Of a DNA stretch of 64,000 nt, positions 22,566 to 35,100 are shown piece after piece. This stretch comes from Camelus dromedarius (lineage: Eukaryota): NCBI RefSeq assembly GCF_036321535.1, contig NC_087436.1, forward strand, positions 37,140,001-37,204,000, in the 5' to 3' direction. A model generated the notes under the pieces. The model was not told where the DNA came from, did no database searches, and saw only the letters and a program-made list of their open reading frames with translations. The translations under genes were made by a program, and so were the position numbers. Within the stretch, counting starts at the first letter, position 1; every line of letters starts with the position of its first letter.

Positions 22566-25500
22566 ATTTGTAGCAGTAGACTCTTCTAGGAAATCCCCCC
22601 ATCATGTGATTATAGGTCTTTCTAGACATTGTGCTAAGCTACCTAAAATCCTTTAATAATTTTTTTGTTTAAGGTAGTTAGAATGCTTTGTGTTGTTTAT
22701 AGTTAAAGGCCCTGCCAGACACACCTTCCAAAAAAAAAAAAATCCCTTTTTACCTAAGCTAGCTTGAGTTGGGTTTCTATCACTTGAAACTAAGGGAGTC
22801 CTGACTTAAACAGCTTTAAGTCAGGCTGACAAGAAGCAGCTAGTGGAAGGAAAAGATTTAAATACAGGTGAGACTAAGATTATTATTCTGGAGAGTGAAC
22901 CTTAAATTTTAGGTAGGAAGAGGGTTCTCTCACCTGCTGAGCGAGAAAGAAGGAGGTAGGAACGTGCAGGAGCACGTAGGATGAGGATTCCGGGCAAGTG
23001 GGCTTGCTGCTGGGAGAAAGGCTGAGGGCTGGGATCTTAAGGAGAGCAGTGAAAGATTAAAGTAAATATTATGAGGGAAGGAAAAAGAGCTGAGCAGGGG
23101 CATAGTAAAGGGTTGCTAAGAAAAGCCAAGAGCCCAGTTGAGATTGATAACTCCAAATTTGTTGCATGGCCAATCTGTGGTATAATTTTGTTGTGTCCAA
23201 CTGCACTTGGCAGCCTGCACATAAGAATAGGTGATGGTGGGCTAGGGGTTAGATGGATGTGTGAAGAGAGTGGACTGGAGGATAATGACAGATGGTGGGG
23301 GCAATGACTTACTATATATAGGCCATAGGTAGGAGAGAGAAGAAACGAGCTGGAGAAAGGATGAATGGTAGGCTGGGCGAAAAAAGAGAGGCTAGAGGTC
23401 TGGGTGAAGTCAGAGAGGAATAGCAGATGTGGTAGGAATGACCACACAGAAGACAGGAGGAAGCCATCAGGGGTGGGAATTAGACAGTAAGATTTTAGAG
23501 GAGGAACCGTGCAGAGAATGGCGGTGTCCAGGGGGTGAGAGGGTGAGTGTTACGCACTTTCCTTCACCTTCCTTCAGAAGGTGGGGCCGCTTCATCTCCC
23601 TTCTCAGGCAAGATCTCTCCTGTCAGTTTTCTTCTTCCCTGAGCCCTCATTCCCATCTCATCCAAATAATAAGATTGCATAAAGGGGAAAAAATCAGCAC
23701 TGTCCTTCCATCCATCACATGCCTTGTTCCCTGTTAGGCTGACTTCTGGGAAGGACACCTCCCCGCCACATACACACCCATCCTGCAGAGGCTTTCCCTG
23801 TAAAAGCCTACTTCCTACTCTCTTACCTCTTACCCTAAAGTTAACAGAGTTCTGCTGTATCATTTCATTTAATCTGCTAGACCAAGTGCTGTAATTGGAC
23901 AGCTTCTGTGTATCTTTTTTTTTTTTAAATCACCGTATCCTCAGTGCCTATGATAGGGTTTGCCACAGAATAAAGTTGTTGAATGAATGAAGAAAAACTT
24001 CAGATAAAGAAATCAATGCTTAGAGGACCATAAACTGGCCCCAGGAGTGGGAGTGGGTTAGGGCCGGGTGGGGGCAAGTGCTGAGAAGTTGGCTTTGATC
24101 CGTAAAGTCTGCCGCAGTGGAGGGGTGGATTCACAGGGACTTAATTTTGGCTTTTGAGTGGGATGGGTGGGGACTGAATCATCAGCATGGAAGAAATGAG
24201 GGTGGGGTTTAGTGGTGAGAGTTTTTGGAAGGAGAAAGATGAGAAATTGAAACCAGTCTTCCTGTTATTTTTAAGCATTAAACAAGTGAGCTCATCTAAT
24301 CCTAACCACTGCTCCAAATTAGGAAAAATCAAATCATTGTCAAAGGTCACACACTAGTACGATCATAAGACAAAAGTTTATCCACCCAGAGACGAGTCCT
24401 CTCCAGAATTCAGAATCCCTGTCTGAGAATACATCTATTCCCCTGGCAAAATTCTCCTTCAGGGTTTCCTTTTAACTTTTTTTTGTGTCTTCATCATTCT
24501 GAATATCAGTGGATTGCAGTTAATAACCCACACCACAGTGGATTCATTCATCCATCCACTCAGACATTCAAAACATTTAATGAGCTACTACAAAGTGCTG
24601 GGCATTGGGCTGCGTGTTTGAGATTCAGCAATAAACAAGGGAGACAGGATGCTTGTTGTTTTATAAGCAGGCTGAGTATTTTTATTGTTTCCTTTTACTA
24701 ATAGCTCTGAAGATCTTAATCAAGCTTAACAATTCTGCCTGAAAGTTTCCTATGAGAATCTTTTTTGCCTAATTGTTTACCCAAGACCTACATTCCAGTC
24801 TTCTACGAGGGAAGTTGATTTACTTTTTACTGGATAAATTCAAATACTGTTTGAGTTAAAAACAGTGGAAGGACATTTAAAGCTAAAAATCTCCTAAGGA
24901 GTCTCTGCTTTTAATTTCCAGTGAGCATGTGGATCTCAATACGGGGAGATTAAAGGGTCTCCTAATAATTTCACACTGTTGGTTCAGGATGAGGTTTGGA
25001 AAATTAATCTGGACCTATTTTCCCTAAGGACATTACACCCTTTAAATCTGAAGTTCAAGGTTGGGGAGCCACTAGAATGCTGGTTACATTCCAGTATCAC
25101 TTCCCGGAGGTAGAAGTGATGGTGGAGCTGGAAGGGGCAGGATCTGCAGAGGGATGCAGCCTCACCTCCACTGCTCACCCTGGGACGCTCAGGGATGGAC
25201 GAGACGAGGTGGGTGGTGGGTGGCTTGGATTAAATTCCAAGTGGTGCTTCTGGACTTTTTGGCCCCATCAGATGCAAACCGTGGGGGCCTGTGTATGGAG
25301 AGGAGTGTGGGGGGTGGGAGTCTCATGTAGCTGTACTTGATAGGGGCCACTGATGGAAGAGTCTGGCTGAGGAAGGATAGGAGGGCACCAGGAAGCATCC
25401 GGTTGGCCCCAGAGATTTGGACCCTGCCAGGTCTGAGAGACTGGCTGGTCATAGGACAGGTCCTGCTGCAGTAGAGCAGTGGGACCATCAGAGATTAATT

Positions 25501-25666
25501 TCGTCTTTAATGTCAGAGTGGGGGCTGAATCATCAGGCTAGGAGCTGAGAATGGTAGTGAGAATTTTTCAAAGGAGGAACAACTATGGAGGAATGGAACT
25601 AATCTTCTTATAACTGTTAGGCATTTTTATAAATTACCTTAATCTTTAATTTCCTGTAATTCACTT

Positions 25667-25764
25667 AAAAATTATTTATTTTCCCTCAGTGGAGGGACTG
25701 GGGATTGAACCCAGGACCTCATACAAGCCAAGCATGTGCTTTACCACTGAGCTATACCCCCAAC
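25667..25764 (-). mobile_element. tRNA-derived SINE (camelid Vic-type, short form)
   Basis: Minus strand reads ggtatagctcagtggtaaagcacatgctt...ggtcctgggttcaatcccc (A and B boxes); TSD cctgtaattc(a/g)ctt at 25653-25666 and 25765-25778. Confidence 0.85.
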
Positions 25765-26390
25765 CCTGTAATTCGCTTTCTTGTGTTCTTCCCTTCTTCT
25801 TTAAGTAATCATGATTTATAACAACTATATCAAATGAAATTAATTTTAAAAGGCTAGTTGAAAATTTTATATTCTAAAAAACAAGACTCCAATTCTTCTA
25901 AAATTAAGGAAAAGTTGTACTTATATAGCCTATTACTCATTTTTTCTCTCTATGGATCAGTATAGTTAAGGGAAACAGTGAATACATGATGAAAATGTTG
26001 GATCTGAGAAATGTAGAAACTGCAACACAAACTGCAACTGTAGAACTGATGACCTGTGTAGAATAAACTGCTAGTTTCTGAATGATCCAAATTATTGAGG
26101 GAAAGAGGGAGATCAGGAAAATCTCAAGTTTACAAATAAACTGAGATTCAAAAATGTGTTAATATATCAGTTATCTGACATTTGGTATATTTCTTCAATG
26201 AGAAGAGAGTTTTAGGTAGGGTTGAAACCTGATTATCTCATCAGAAAATTGCTGAAATCCATTATTTGTACCCAAGAACAGTACAGCAAACAAGCCAAAA
26301 TTAATATGAAATACTTAAAATGAACACAACTAAAGACAACACACTGAGTAAGAAGGGTTTTAATTTTAAATTCAAGAAAGAGAAAGTTTA

Positions 26391-26528
26391 GGGGGAGGGT
26401 ACAGCTCAGTGGTAGAGTGCATGCTTAGCATTCACGAGATTCTGGGTTCAATCCCTAGTACCTCCATTAAAACAAACAAACAAACAATCAAACCTGATTA
26501 CCTCCCCCCCAAAATAAAAAACAAGAAA
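26391..26528 (+). mobile_element. tRNA-derived SINE (camelid Vic-type)
   Basis: gggggagggtacagctcagtggtagagtgcatgcttagcat...ctgggttcaatccctagtacctcc, then (AAAC)n, aaacctgattacctcccc and an A-tail. Confidence 0.88.
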
Positions 26529-28829
26529 CGTTTAATTAAGAGGATTAAAGAGTTAACTGGAGAATCTGCTGGAGAGTTTGAGGATGACTTTAGGACACTG
26601 AACAGGGACTTTTGGGATGGAAGAGAGACACGTTTTACCATAATATTTATAACAGTCAGTAGTTTAAAAAAGTCACTTGTTCAAAACCCATCAGTTAAAT
26701 ATACCATTCAAAGCTGAGTCTTTAAGTGGCTGTTTCTCTTTCCATTCCAGCCATTTTAGAAATTCAATTCAGACACACACAAAGGCACTTTCCTTCTTTC
26801 AGTTTCACTGTTCACTTAACCAGATCACACTTTCTCCTCTCTACTGCCTGATAAAATATCCTCCCTCGAAGCCTAGTTCAAGTGACGCATCAATTTTTAA
26901 AATCCCTTGACAAGATATTAGCTGTACCCCTGAAACCAACTGCACTTTGATTGCATTTTATACATCTGTTTAGGATTTACAGTTTGTCTCCCATTTTAGT
27001 ATTTGTATTCATGCTCCTTCTATAATACAAAGCAGTAGACTTGTGTAGGCCTTCTCCACAGGTGCTCAGGAAACAGCTGTCAAATACAATTAAATTGTAA
27101 CAATTCAGATTTCTCCTCAAGTCTTCTCAGAAACGCCTTCAGACCAACGTTGGAAAATAGGGTTCCTCTCACCCCGACTCCCTAGCTCCCCTTTATTTTC
27201 TTTACAGAAAAGTTCATACTGGACACAATAGATATTTGTTTATTGTCTGTCTCCACCAGAACGTAAGACCTGTGAGGTCATACTTTTACTGCATTATCCT
27301 ATCCCCAGCGCCTAGAGTAGGAGCTGAATAAATCGAAGTACCTGGAAGTGAAAGAAATACTAACTGGGGGATATCAAGACACCAAGTCTAATAATCCATT
27401 GATTCTATCACTATTTAGCTGCAGGACCCAGAGCAAGTCATTAACCCATGATGGGCTTCATTTTCCTATAAAATCAACAGTATTGTTAAATATCGGATCA
27501 CTGCGGTCTGAGGTAATTCCTCTGAGAGTAGAAAAGGAGAAAGATAAGGAAGGAAAGGAGTTCAAGAGGATGTGTTGAGGGAAAGAATGCTCCAGGACAC
27601 ACTGATGGCACTACTCTTGGAGAAGGGCAGCGAGAAAATGAAAAGCGTTAAGTGAGGAGAAAAAAATTACAGGGGAAAGGGCTGCCTACAGACACCCGTG
27701 CCTGCCAAGAATGTTCTGGGAGAGGTGCTGAAAGTGGGGAGCATGAGGCCCTGGAGGGAGAGAGAGGGAGAGGTTGAGGGAGGGAGACAGAGAGAGACTG
27801 TGTGAGAGAGGGTGTGTGTGTGTATGTGTGTGGCTCTATACTCCGCAATTTTGCCTTTATTTCCAGCCAACAACCATTCTGCAGCGACTGTCAGGGCCTG
27901 ATTAAGCATGTGGCTCACACGTGAAAGTAATTGAGAAGTTCTATCTATACAAAGAACAACATTAGTTACACATTTAATTTATGACAAACCTCTTCTTTAT
28001 TCCCCAAGGCAGACTAGATGATCTGTTACCCTGAATCGCCACAGCACTTTGCTATTCTCATCTTAGAATATCTTACTAGGTCTAGAGTTGCAAGCTTCTG
28101 TCCTCTGGCCTCCTTGCTCCTGCCCCGTGCCTCCCCTCCCCAACACATAAGTCTGAGAAGGACACTGTCTTTCTGTCTGTGCGTTCTCTGCACCAGCCTA
28201 GGACAATATGCTGGTAGTGTCTGTCTCTCTCACATAATCATATACTTTATGTTTAACTAATACTAGGGCATGGTTCAAATTAGTTATTTAAAAGTTCTAG
28301 GGTGGTTTTGCGAACAGAAACTGATCGCAGGCAGAAGTTCTGAAACTTCCCAATTAAGCTACCAAAGACCGTACATGGAAGAGGTTACCTAGGAAGCAAC
28401 CATAGACACTAAACAAAAGAAAACAAAACAAAAAACTTAAAAATAAATTTGTAAACTGGCCCTCAAAGCTTCACGGTTTGCCTAGATCCTGGTCAAAGAC
28501 ATGCTGTCCTCACTACAGCGAGTGTCCCGTCTTTAAAAAACACTCCCATGCACCGCTATGCCCGAGCACCGGGTGAGGCCCCCATTCCTGCGGCCACGAA
28601 AGGGAGGGAGGCCTCAACGACCCCAAGCCTAGAGTCCTGGACAGTTCCCCAGCCCTTCCTGGGCCCCCGGGACCCCTAAAGCCAGGCGAGGAGAGCGGCC
28701 CCCCTCTGGGTTCCAACGCAGCTGCGGCCCAGCCCTACACAGGCGGAGAAGACTCGGGCGAGCCGCGCCCCACGCAGGCGCACTGAGGCCGGGGCGGGGC
28801 GGGGCGGGGCGGGGCGGGGCGGGGTCGGC

Positions 28830-28951
28830 GGTGTTTCCGCTGCTCCGAGCCGCCTGTTAGCAGTTGCTCGGAGTCTTCTCCGCTCGCATCCTTCCCTGCT
28901 CGGCGTGTCGCTGCCCCGCGCTCCGCCGCTCTCCGGGAGGTTCGGGTCTGG
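28830..28951 (+). other. ANXA5: ANXA5 non-coding exon 1 (5' end approximate)
   Basis: Lies just downstream of the GC-box array and ends at the donor CTGG|GTGAGT (GT at 28952). ANXA5 is known to have an untranslated first exon. Confidence 0.75.
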
Positions 28952-29168
28952 GTGAGTGAGCGCTCGCCTAGTCTGTGGAGGGGAGCGGGGGCGTCGGGCT
29001 GCGCGGGCGCTCTGCGGGGAGCGGTCCCGGGAGCTGCGGAGCGGGCGGGTCTGCGGAGCGCGGAGGTGCTGTCTGGGCGCCGCTGCGGGGAGGTCTCATT
29101 CACTGAAGCCGCGGTCTTTATCTTGCAGTCCTGCATCAAGTCACCTTTTCCTGACCTGAGCAGTCGCC

Positions 29169-29177
29169 ATGGCACAG
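29169..29177 (+). CDS. ANXA5: ANXA5 exon 2 coding part (MAQ); exon starts at 29129
   Basis: Acceptor ttgcag|TCC at 29128/29129; Kozak context GTCGCCATGG; donor CAG|GTAAGG. Confidence 0.93.
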
Positions 29178-32100
29178 GTAAGGCCGTGCGCCCCCGAGCA
29201 GCGCTTGCATTGACCAACTTTGTAAGCTGCTCAGGAGTTCTAGCAGTTGTCGGAAAGCCAAAAAAGTTTAGGAGTAAACTGAATCTGCCTTCGGGAGATG
29301 TCTTAACACCTTTCTTGTTTCCCCTTTGCTCCCCCCAACCTCTTTTCCTGCTTCTTCCCTCGGAGGGTCCACCGGAACCTGCTCCCACCAGGGCGCAGCC
29401 GCCGGTGACGTGGCCGGAGTTTTGCGCACTCCCTGTTCGTGAGTGAATGTGTAAAAGGAGGCCCTCCCCCAAATCCAAAGAGTCGCTAAAATTAGATCCA
29501 GAGCAAGTACAGCTCATTGTGGTCATGTGAAGAGAACGCATTACCCACCCCCACCTTTTCTTATTTGAAAAAATAAAGGAAGCCCTTTTTCCTGGCTTCC
29601 CTTTTTTTTTTCTCGCAAAGTTTCCTGTATTTTAATACTAGGTATTGGCTTTTTCCAGTAGAGCTCTAGGGGAGATTTTTCCAGTTGCTCAACTCGGTTT
29701 TACTGAAAGAAACTGTTCGTCTTCGGCAGTGAATTTTTTTTTCCTCCAGTGCAAAAGATTAAGAAGAGCTGCTTTTAGGTAACGAGCTCGTGGAACGAGT
29801 TCTGAATTGAATTTGCCTTGGGACTGTTTCAGAACTTGTTTACCCAATATTGGCTGTCTTTGCTGTTCTTAACATTTATCAAAAATATAGGGAAGAGAAA
29901 AGCAATTTATATAGCATTCGTTAAAAATTGACCGTGTTATGCAATCTTTTGTGAATAAAGTATCAGTGCTTAAGACACTCCACCCCAAAACTAATTTTAG
30001 AGACGTCATCCATCTAACTGGCTTATCAGAGTCCAGAAACTTTTTTTTAAACAAGTGTTTTAACTGCTCAAACAATGCCCTCTCTTATTTACAGTTCACT
30101 TTTTGAAAAAAATCAGATTGATTTATCAAAATAGAATAAGGTTTCATGGTTCTTTCCAAGAGAAAATGGGAGGATTAAGAGGAGTTGGTAACTTTATTAA
30201 ATTTTTACAGTGCTTCCATTCTTTCTTTCTCTTTAGCACTTAAGGAATATAACAGTAAACCAATTCTCATATTACATAAAGTGGAGACTTTGGTTTAGAT
30301 TCTTCCCCATAAAGGATACTTTTATATGGAATTAACTTTCCTTCACCGGGAATTACTTTTCCTATCTTGATATGCTGGTGGTGATGTAAATGATGATTTA
30401 GCACGCATCAGAGAATTGTTCTCATTATCCTAGCTCATTTGGCTGTTTCTCTTATCTCTTACCCAGTGATTTATGAAGTTTTTCAATCAGTTCTTTTAAT
30501 TATGTAGACTCTTTACCCAAGATAGTATCAGTAATCACATTTTCCCAAATGTGAGCATTAATAAATTCAGAGTGAAAATAGTGTGAAAGCCCTTATATAT
30601 ACAAAACCTGGAGAATGTGGCTTGTATTACAGAGTTATGTATATGACCTCTATCACAGTATAACCAGGACTGTTTTCTATCCAAGTCACAGATTTTAGTT
30701 ATCATGAAAGTGACAAGTAATGTTAAGAAAGATCCGGTGTTGAATTTTGCAGTACCTTTGTTGTTAGTTATCCTTGGAAACCATGGAAATAAAACATTTT
30801 GTTAAAATATTTAATATTAAGATGGAGTTTTGTTGGCTTTAGTCTTAACATTTGATGGTGGGCAGAATGCCCACATTATGGAATTGGACTTTTACTGTCT
30901 AAAATTTCCTTGGGATCCCAGTATCATTATTGGAAAGCTGAAGTCCTTCAGTGTTAGGTTTCAAATGGTTTCCATGGTAGTACCTTTTGTTGATCTGTGG
31001 GTATGGGAACCAGAGACCTCCACTCTGTGGCTCTCTGTAGAGTAATGGGGTCAGATGCCTGAGTCTTAGAGTTTTGCGTTTTGGCAATATAAAATGTATT
31101 GTAAAATATTAATGTCTCTTATTTACTGAAAAATTAGAAGGAAGCCTCCTCCAGCAGTGGTTCTTCATATTTATGAACTAAATCTTCCATGCTGGTGGTT
31201 TTCTCTTTTTACTTAACATTGGAACTACCCCACCTATAACAGTCTTTAAGATATCCAGGAGTCAGTTATCGTATACATAGATCACAGGCATGACTGTCTT
31301 GTTAAGAATTTGACAGGAGAGCATTGATCGGTCTTCACTGATAGATACATTGAAGTTTTTTTTAATGTAATTATATTATTAGGGATATTTTACGCTTTTG
31401 TGCATATCTGTGTTAATATATTTATTATATAAGTAAGTTATAAATTATTATGGTTAATGTAATTCATATCAATGCCATTTTTTTAGTTTAATTTTAGCCT
31501 AATGATGTCAGTGTAGCGGGCAAAGCTGTGGCACATATTGGAAACTACGTAAAAAATGACTTAAATGATCATGTTGGGCAAATACATTCGGAGTTGGAGG
31601 CATTTATGGGTAACCACCACTTGAGCTCTGCCTTCTCTTTCTGATCCTAATCCTCATCCGTCAGTATTGAGATAGGTGGGATTTAACCAGTTGACTATGG
31701 AGAGAAGTAGTCTAACGTGAGGCTTCCCAGACTCTTTCAAGAACACACTGGCTAACTGTATGTTCTCCATGATATACAAGAAAAATATAAATTATAAATG
31801 TACCTGCTTATAAACAATTCCTAGACAGTATTTACTTTTATATGCTTGAAACTATTCATTTGAATGCTTTAATATTTATCTGGTTTGAAACTACAACATC
31901 CATGTTATTTTAGCATAAAGTTTGCTAAATGAGTAATAAATTATCATTATTGGATCGGTAACACAATCTACTATGTTAAATTTGGGTGCAAGCTAATTCA
32001 AGATATTTACTAAGGAACGGCCAGAGTGCTATTAAAATTGCCTGCATTGTCTATAGTACATATTTTTGAATACTTTCATCCAACAGTCAACTTCTGATTA

Positions 32101-35100
32101 TATAAATGTGGATTTTTCATTAGATTTTAGGGTCATTTCTTTAATCTGACTTATCACATATTGGGTTGGATTTCTTAAATTGGGTCCTGACTTATTTCTT
32201 TCCTATTGCTGAACTTGCTCACACAGGTTTATTTTATTTTTTTTAAATCTCACTGCTTAGCTAGAGCCAAATTATTTCGTAGATATTCTAATTTATTTAA
32301 GTACTTAAGGTTACATTGTGTACTGTGTTCTTTGGTTCGGAAAGATCAAGAGTTGGCTATATTTCCTAGATGAATGATCCATTTAATATATTTTAATTCA
32401 GTTTAAGGCTTTTATATCTTTCCTTTAAGATAATGAAACTTTAAAAAGTTATACTTTGGGCAGTTGGAACTTAGTTTTATTTATAATATTGTTTGTAAAG
32501 AGTTAACGTATTCAGGGTCGCAGGACTGTCATGAAGCAAAAGCAGGCTACATAATTTTTTGCTAGAAACTTCACGAATATCAGAGTTATCAGTCTGATAC
32601 ATACTTAAACTGTACAAGATTTGATTAGAAATTTTTTTGGTTGGTTTGAAATCATTACACTATGATCATTTACAAGGGCCCTGTGCAGAGCAAGCAGGTT
32701 GAATGTAAATAAGTACATTTGAGATGAGGTTTATGCCAGAGGACGTGCCCGGGTGTCACGTGCATCTTTTCTTCAGGTCTGTCACTTTAAGGTCAGACCT
32801 CTCCGTATTGAATGATTCCCTCGGGGGTTCTGAGATCAGGTTACCTGTTTACCAGTGGCCTGTGCTGCTTTGGGTTAGTTTCTCCCAGTTTCTGATTCCT
32901 TTGACTGGTCTTCATTTTGGATGCTGAGAAAGAACTAGATTCGAATCTGCTTGGCTGCTTTGCAAGCCACTGAGCAGTTCATTGGCGTTCAGTTAACTTT
33001 AATTCTCTTGTCTTGACCTAGTGCCCCTTGGACACAGGTGGCAGCCAGTTAGAGGTGGCAATCTGGTTTTCTTCTTTCAATGATTTAGAAGTTTATTATT
33101 CTAAAACTTCACAAATTATCAGTTAATATTTTTACAAAAATTAGGGCTCCTAAGACCTTGGCTTTAAGTGTTTTTTGGACCGACCCTTTCAGTTTAGTGG
33201 TTTGTATAATGTGTAAACCTATAAGCCATTGATTAGTTGGAAGGAATGCATATTCCAGTTGGTGTCATTTCTTTGGACACCAGTTCCTAACTGTGCTCTT
33301 TACTTTTCATTCATGCATGCATTCATGACTGTATGAAACTTGAGTTCCTACTGTGTGCCAGGTATTGTTAGTTATGAAAAATAAAAAGGCAAATGGAACT
33401 AAGTTTTATTGGTATAACAGATGCATTGCCGACTCCTTTGTATGCATTGTTTAGTGGTCATAATCCAGTTTTGGAAATAAGTAATACTATTTCAGTTTCA
33501 CAGAAAAGGAAATTGAGATTACTTAGCTGGCACTAGTCACATGGGACAAAGGAGGAAAGGCATGATATGTAGAGGCAGCAACAGCGAAAGCACATGCTCG
33601 GGGTGTAAAGGAGTCTGGCCTGGCCGGGAGCTGCAGGCAGCGTGGCACTGCTGGGGTAAAGCTGCAGTCAGTGGGGAGATGGGGCCCTGCCTTGGAAAGG
33701 GGTGCCAGAGAGGCAGACTGGAGCCAGAGCTGAAGAATACGAGCCATTTTGTAGGTAATGTCGAGCTACCACAGAGTGGTAAGTTGGGGTGTGCCGTGGT
33801 CAGATTGATATTTCACAAAGATCGCCCTGGGGCCAGTGTGTTGTTGTGTTTCTGGGGGCTGCAGAGGTGGGGTGGTGAAGCAGGGGAAGAAGAGGGAAGC
33901 TAGATATTGGAAGAACACTTAGGAATCTGTGGCTGTAATCCTAGTGAAATCTTAAGGGCTTAAACCAGGCAGTAGCTGGGACTTCAGAGAGGAGGGCACT
34001 GTAGGAGACTGGGCAGATTGGATGCATGAATAGGATGGGAGTTGGGGGTGAAGGGCCAGATTGAGGTCAAGATGACTGACTTGCTTGATGGTGTGGTTGG
34101 TTGTGTTTTTCTTTGAGGAAGGAATGTGGGGGAAAAACGGTGGATTTGCTGAATTTGAGTTTTATAAACACTTAGGTGGTGCTGTCTAATACACAACAGA
34201 GTGTATAGCATCTTTAAATCCTCTTTCATCTCTGTAGGTCATCCATTTGTTTATATATTATTCATCTCTTCCTACAATTGAAAAGACTGGAGGCTGACTT
34301 ATTTCCTACCTTTGTCTAGGACCAGCCATGTTCATTAGATTTCTGCCCCTTGTGTAGATGCAAAAGGAGGTAAAGTTGTGAACCCACACACACTATTCTC
34401 TAATGTGAGAAACCTATAAACTTGATTGAAGCATTGATATGAATGAATTGGTTAGTGATAGAGCTTTTCTTGTGCTGTGTGCACAGTGGCCAGTTGAACC
34501 ACTGGGAATATCCCCCCCCCCATCATGTGTATTCAGCAGAGATCGGTGTGTTTGCCCGAGTTAACCAATTCAGAGGTATCACCGTTATGCAAAAGCAGTT
34601 AATTAAACTTTCCATTGTATTGGTAATTGCCAAGGGAAGGCATTCTTGTACTAGCTGGGAGGTAGCCAGAGGAGCATTAATGAAACACAACAAAAGCCTG
34701 AGTCATATTGACAACCTTGGTTTTGTTAAGTTTCTAAAGACTTCTTTTCTACCACTGTGTGCACTACTTGAACTGTTTTATAGTGATGCTTTTTTTCCTT
34801 ACATCTGAGTTTAAGAGAGAAGTCAAAGGTAGTAGGATACTCAGACAGAATGGAAAAAATGCTAAAATAAGGAGGAGCATGAAAGGCAAAGGAAGTTATG
34901 GGAAACTTAACAATAGTTATAGACCAATTTAAATTTAAGGCTTTGAACTGTGGGCTCGATAGTTTGATGGTCTCGAGCAACGGTAAAGATGCAGGTGTGA
35001 GTTCTTATTTCTGAGCCCTGATTGTATGTGTTTGTACCCCTCAGTCCTCTGGGAGGTTCTAGTGTTTCCTGGTCTTTAATTTACTGTGCACCTCAAGTCA

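Larger units (their letters stand above)
28500..29460 (+). promoter_or_regulatory. CpG island / TATA-less promoter of ANXA5 with Sp1/KLF GC-box array
   Basis: Very GC- and CpG-rich; (GGGGC)x6 + GGGG at 28791-28824; NRF1-like CGCAGGCGCA at 28773-28782; spans exons 1-2. Confidence 0.9.

Noticed and set aside
22650..25600. Many short ORFs and purine-rich stretches
   Set aside because: Look like decayed L2/MIR-type and unique intergenic sequence; no splice-consistent exon chain or recognisable protein.
26391..26470. tRNA gene
   Set aside because: Has A/B boxes but is followed by a SINE body and A-rich tail, with related TSD-flanked copies elsewhere, so it is a SINE.
28735..29541. 268-aa minus-strand ORF and 164-aa plus-strand ORF over the ANXA5 promoter
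   Set aside because: Low-complexity Arg/Pro/Ala/Gly translation, expected from stop-codon scarcity in a CpG island; no recognisable domain.
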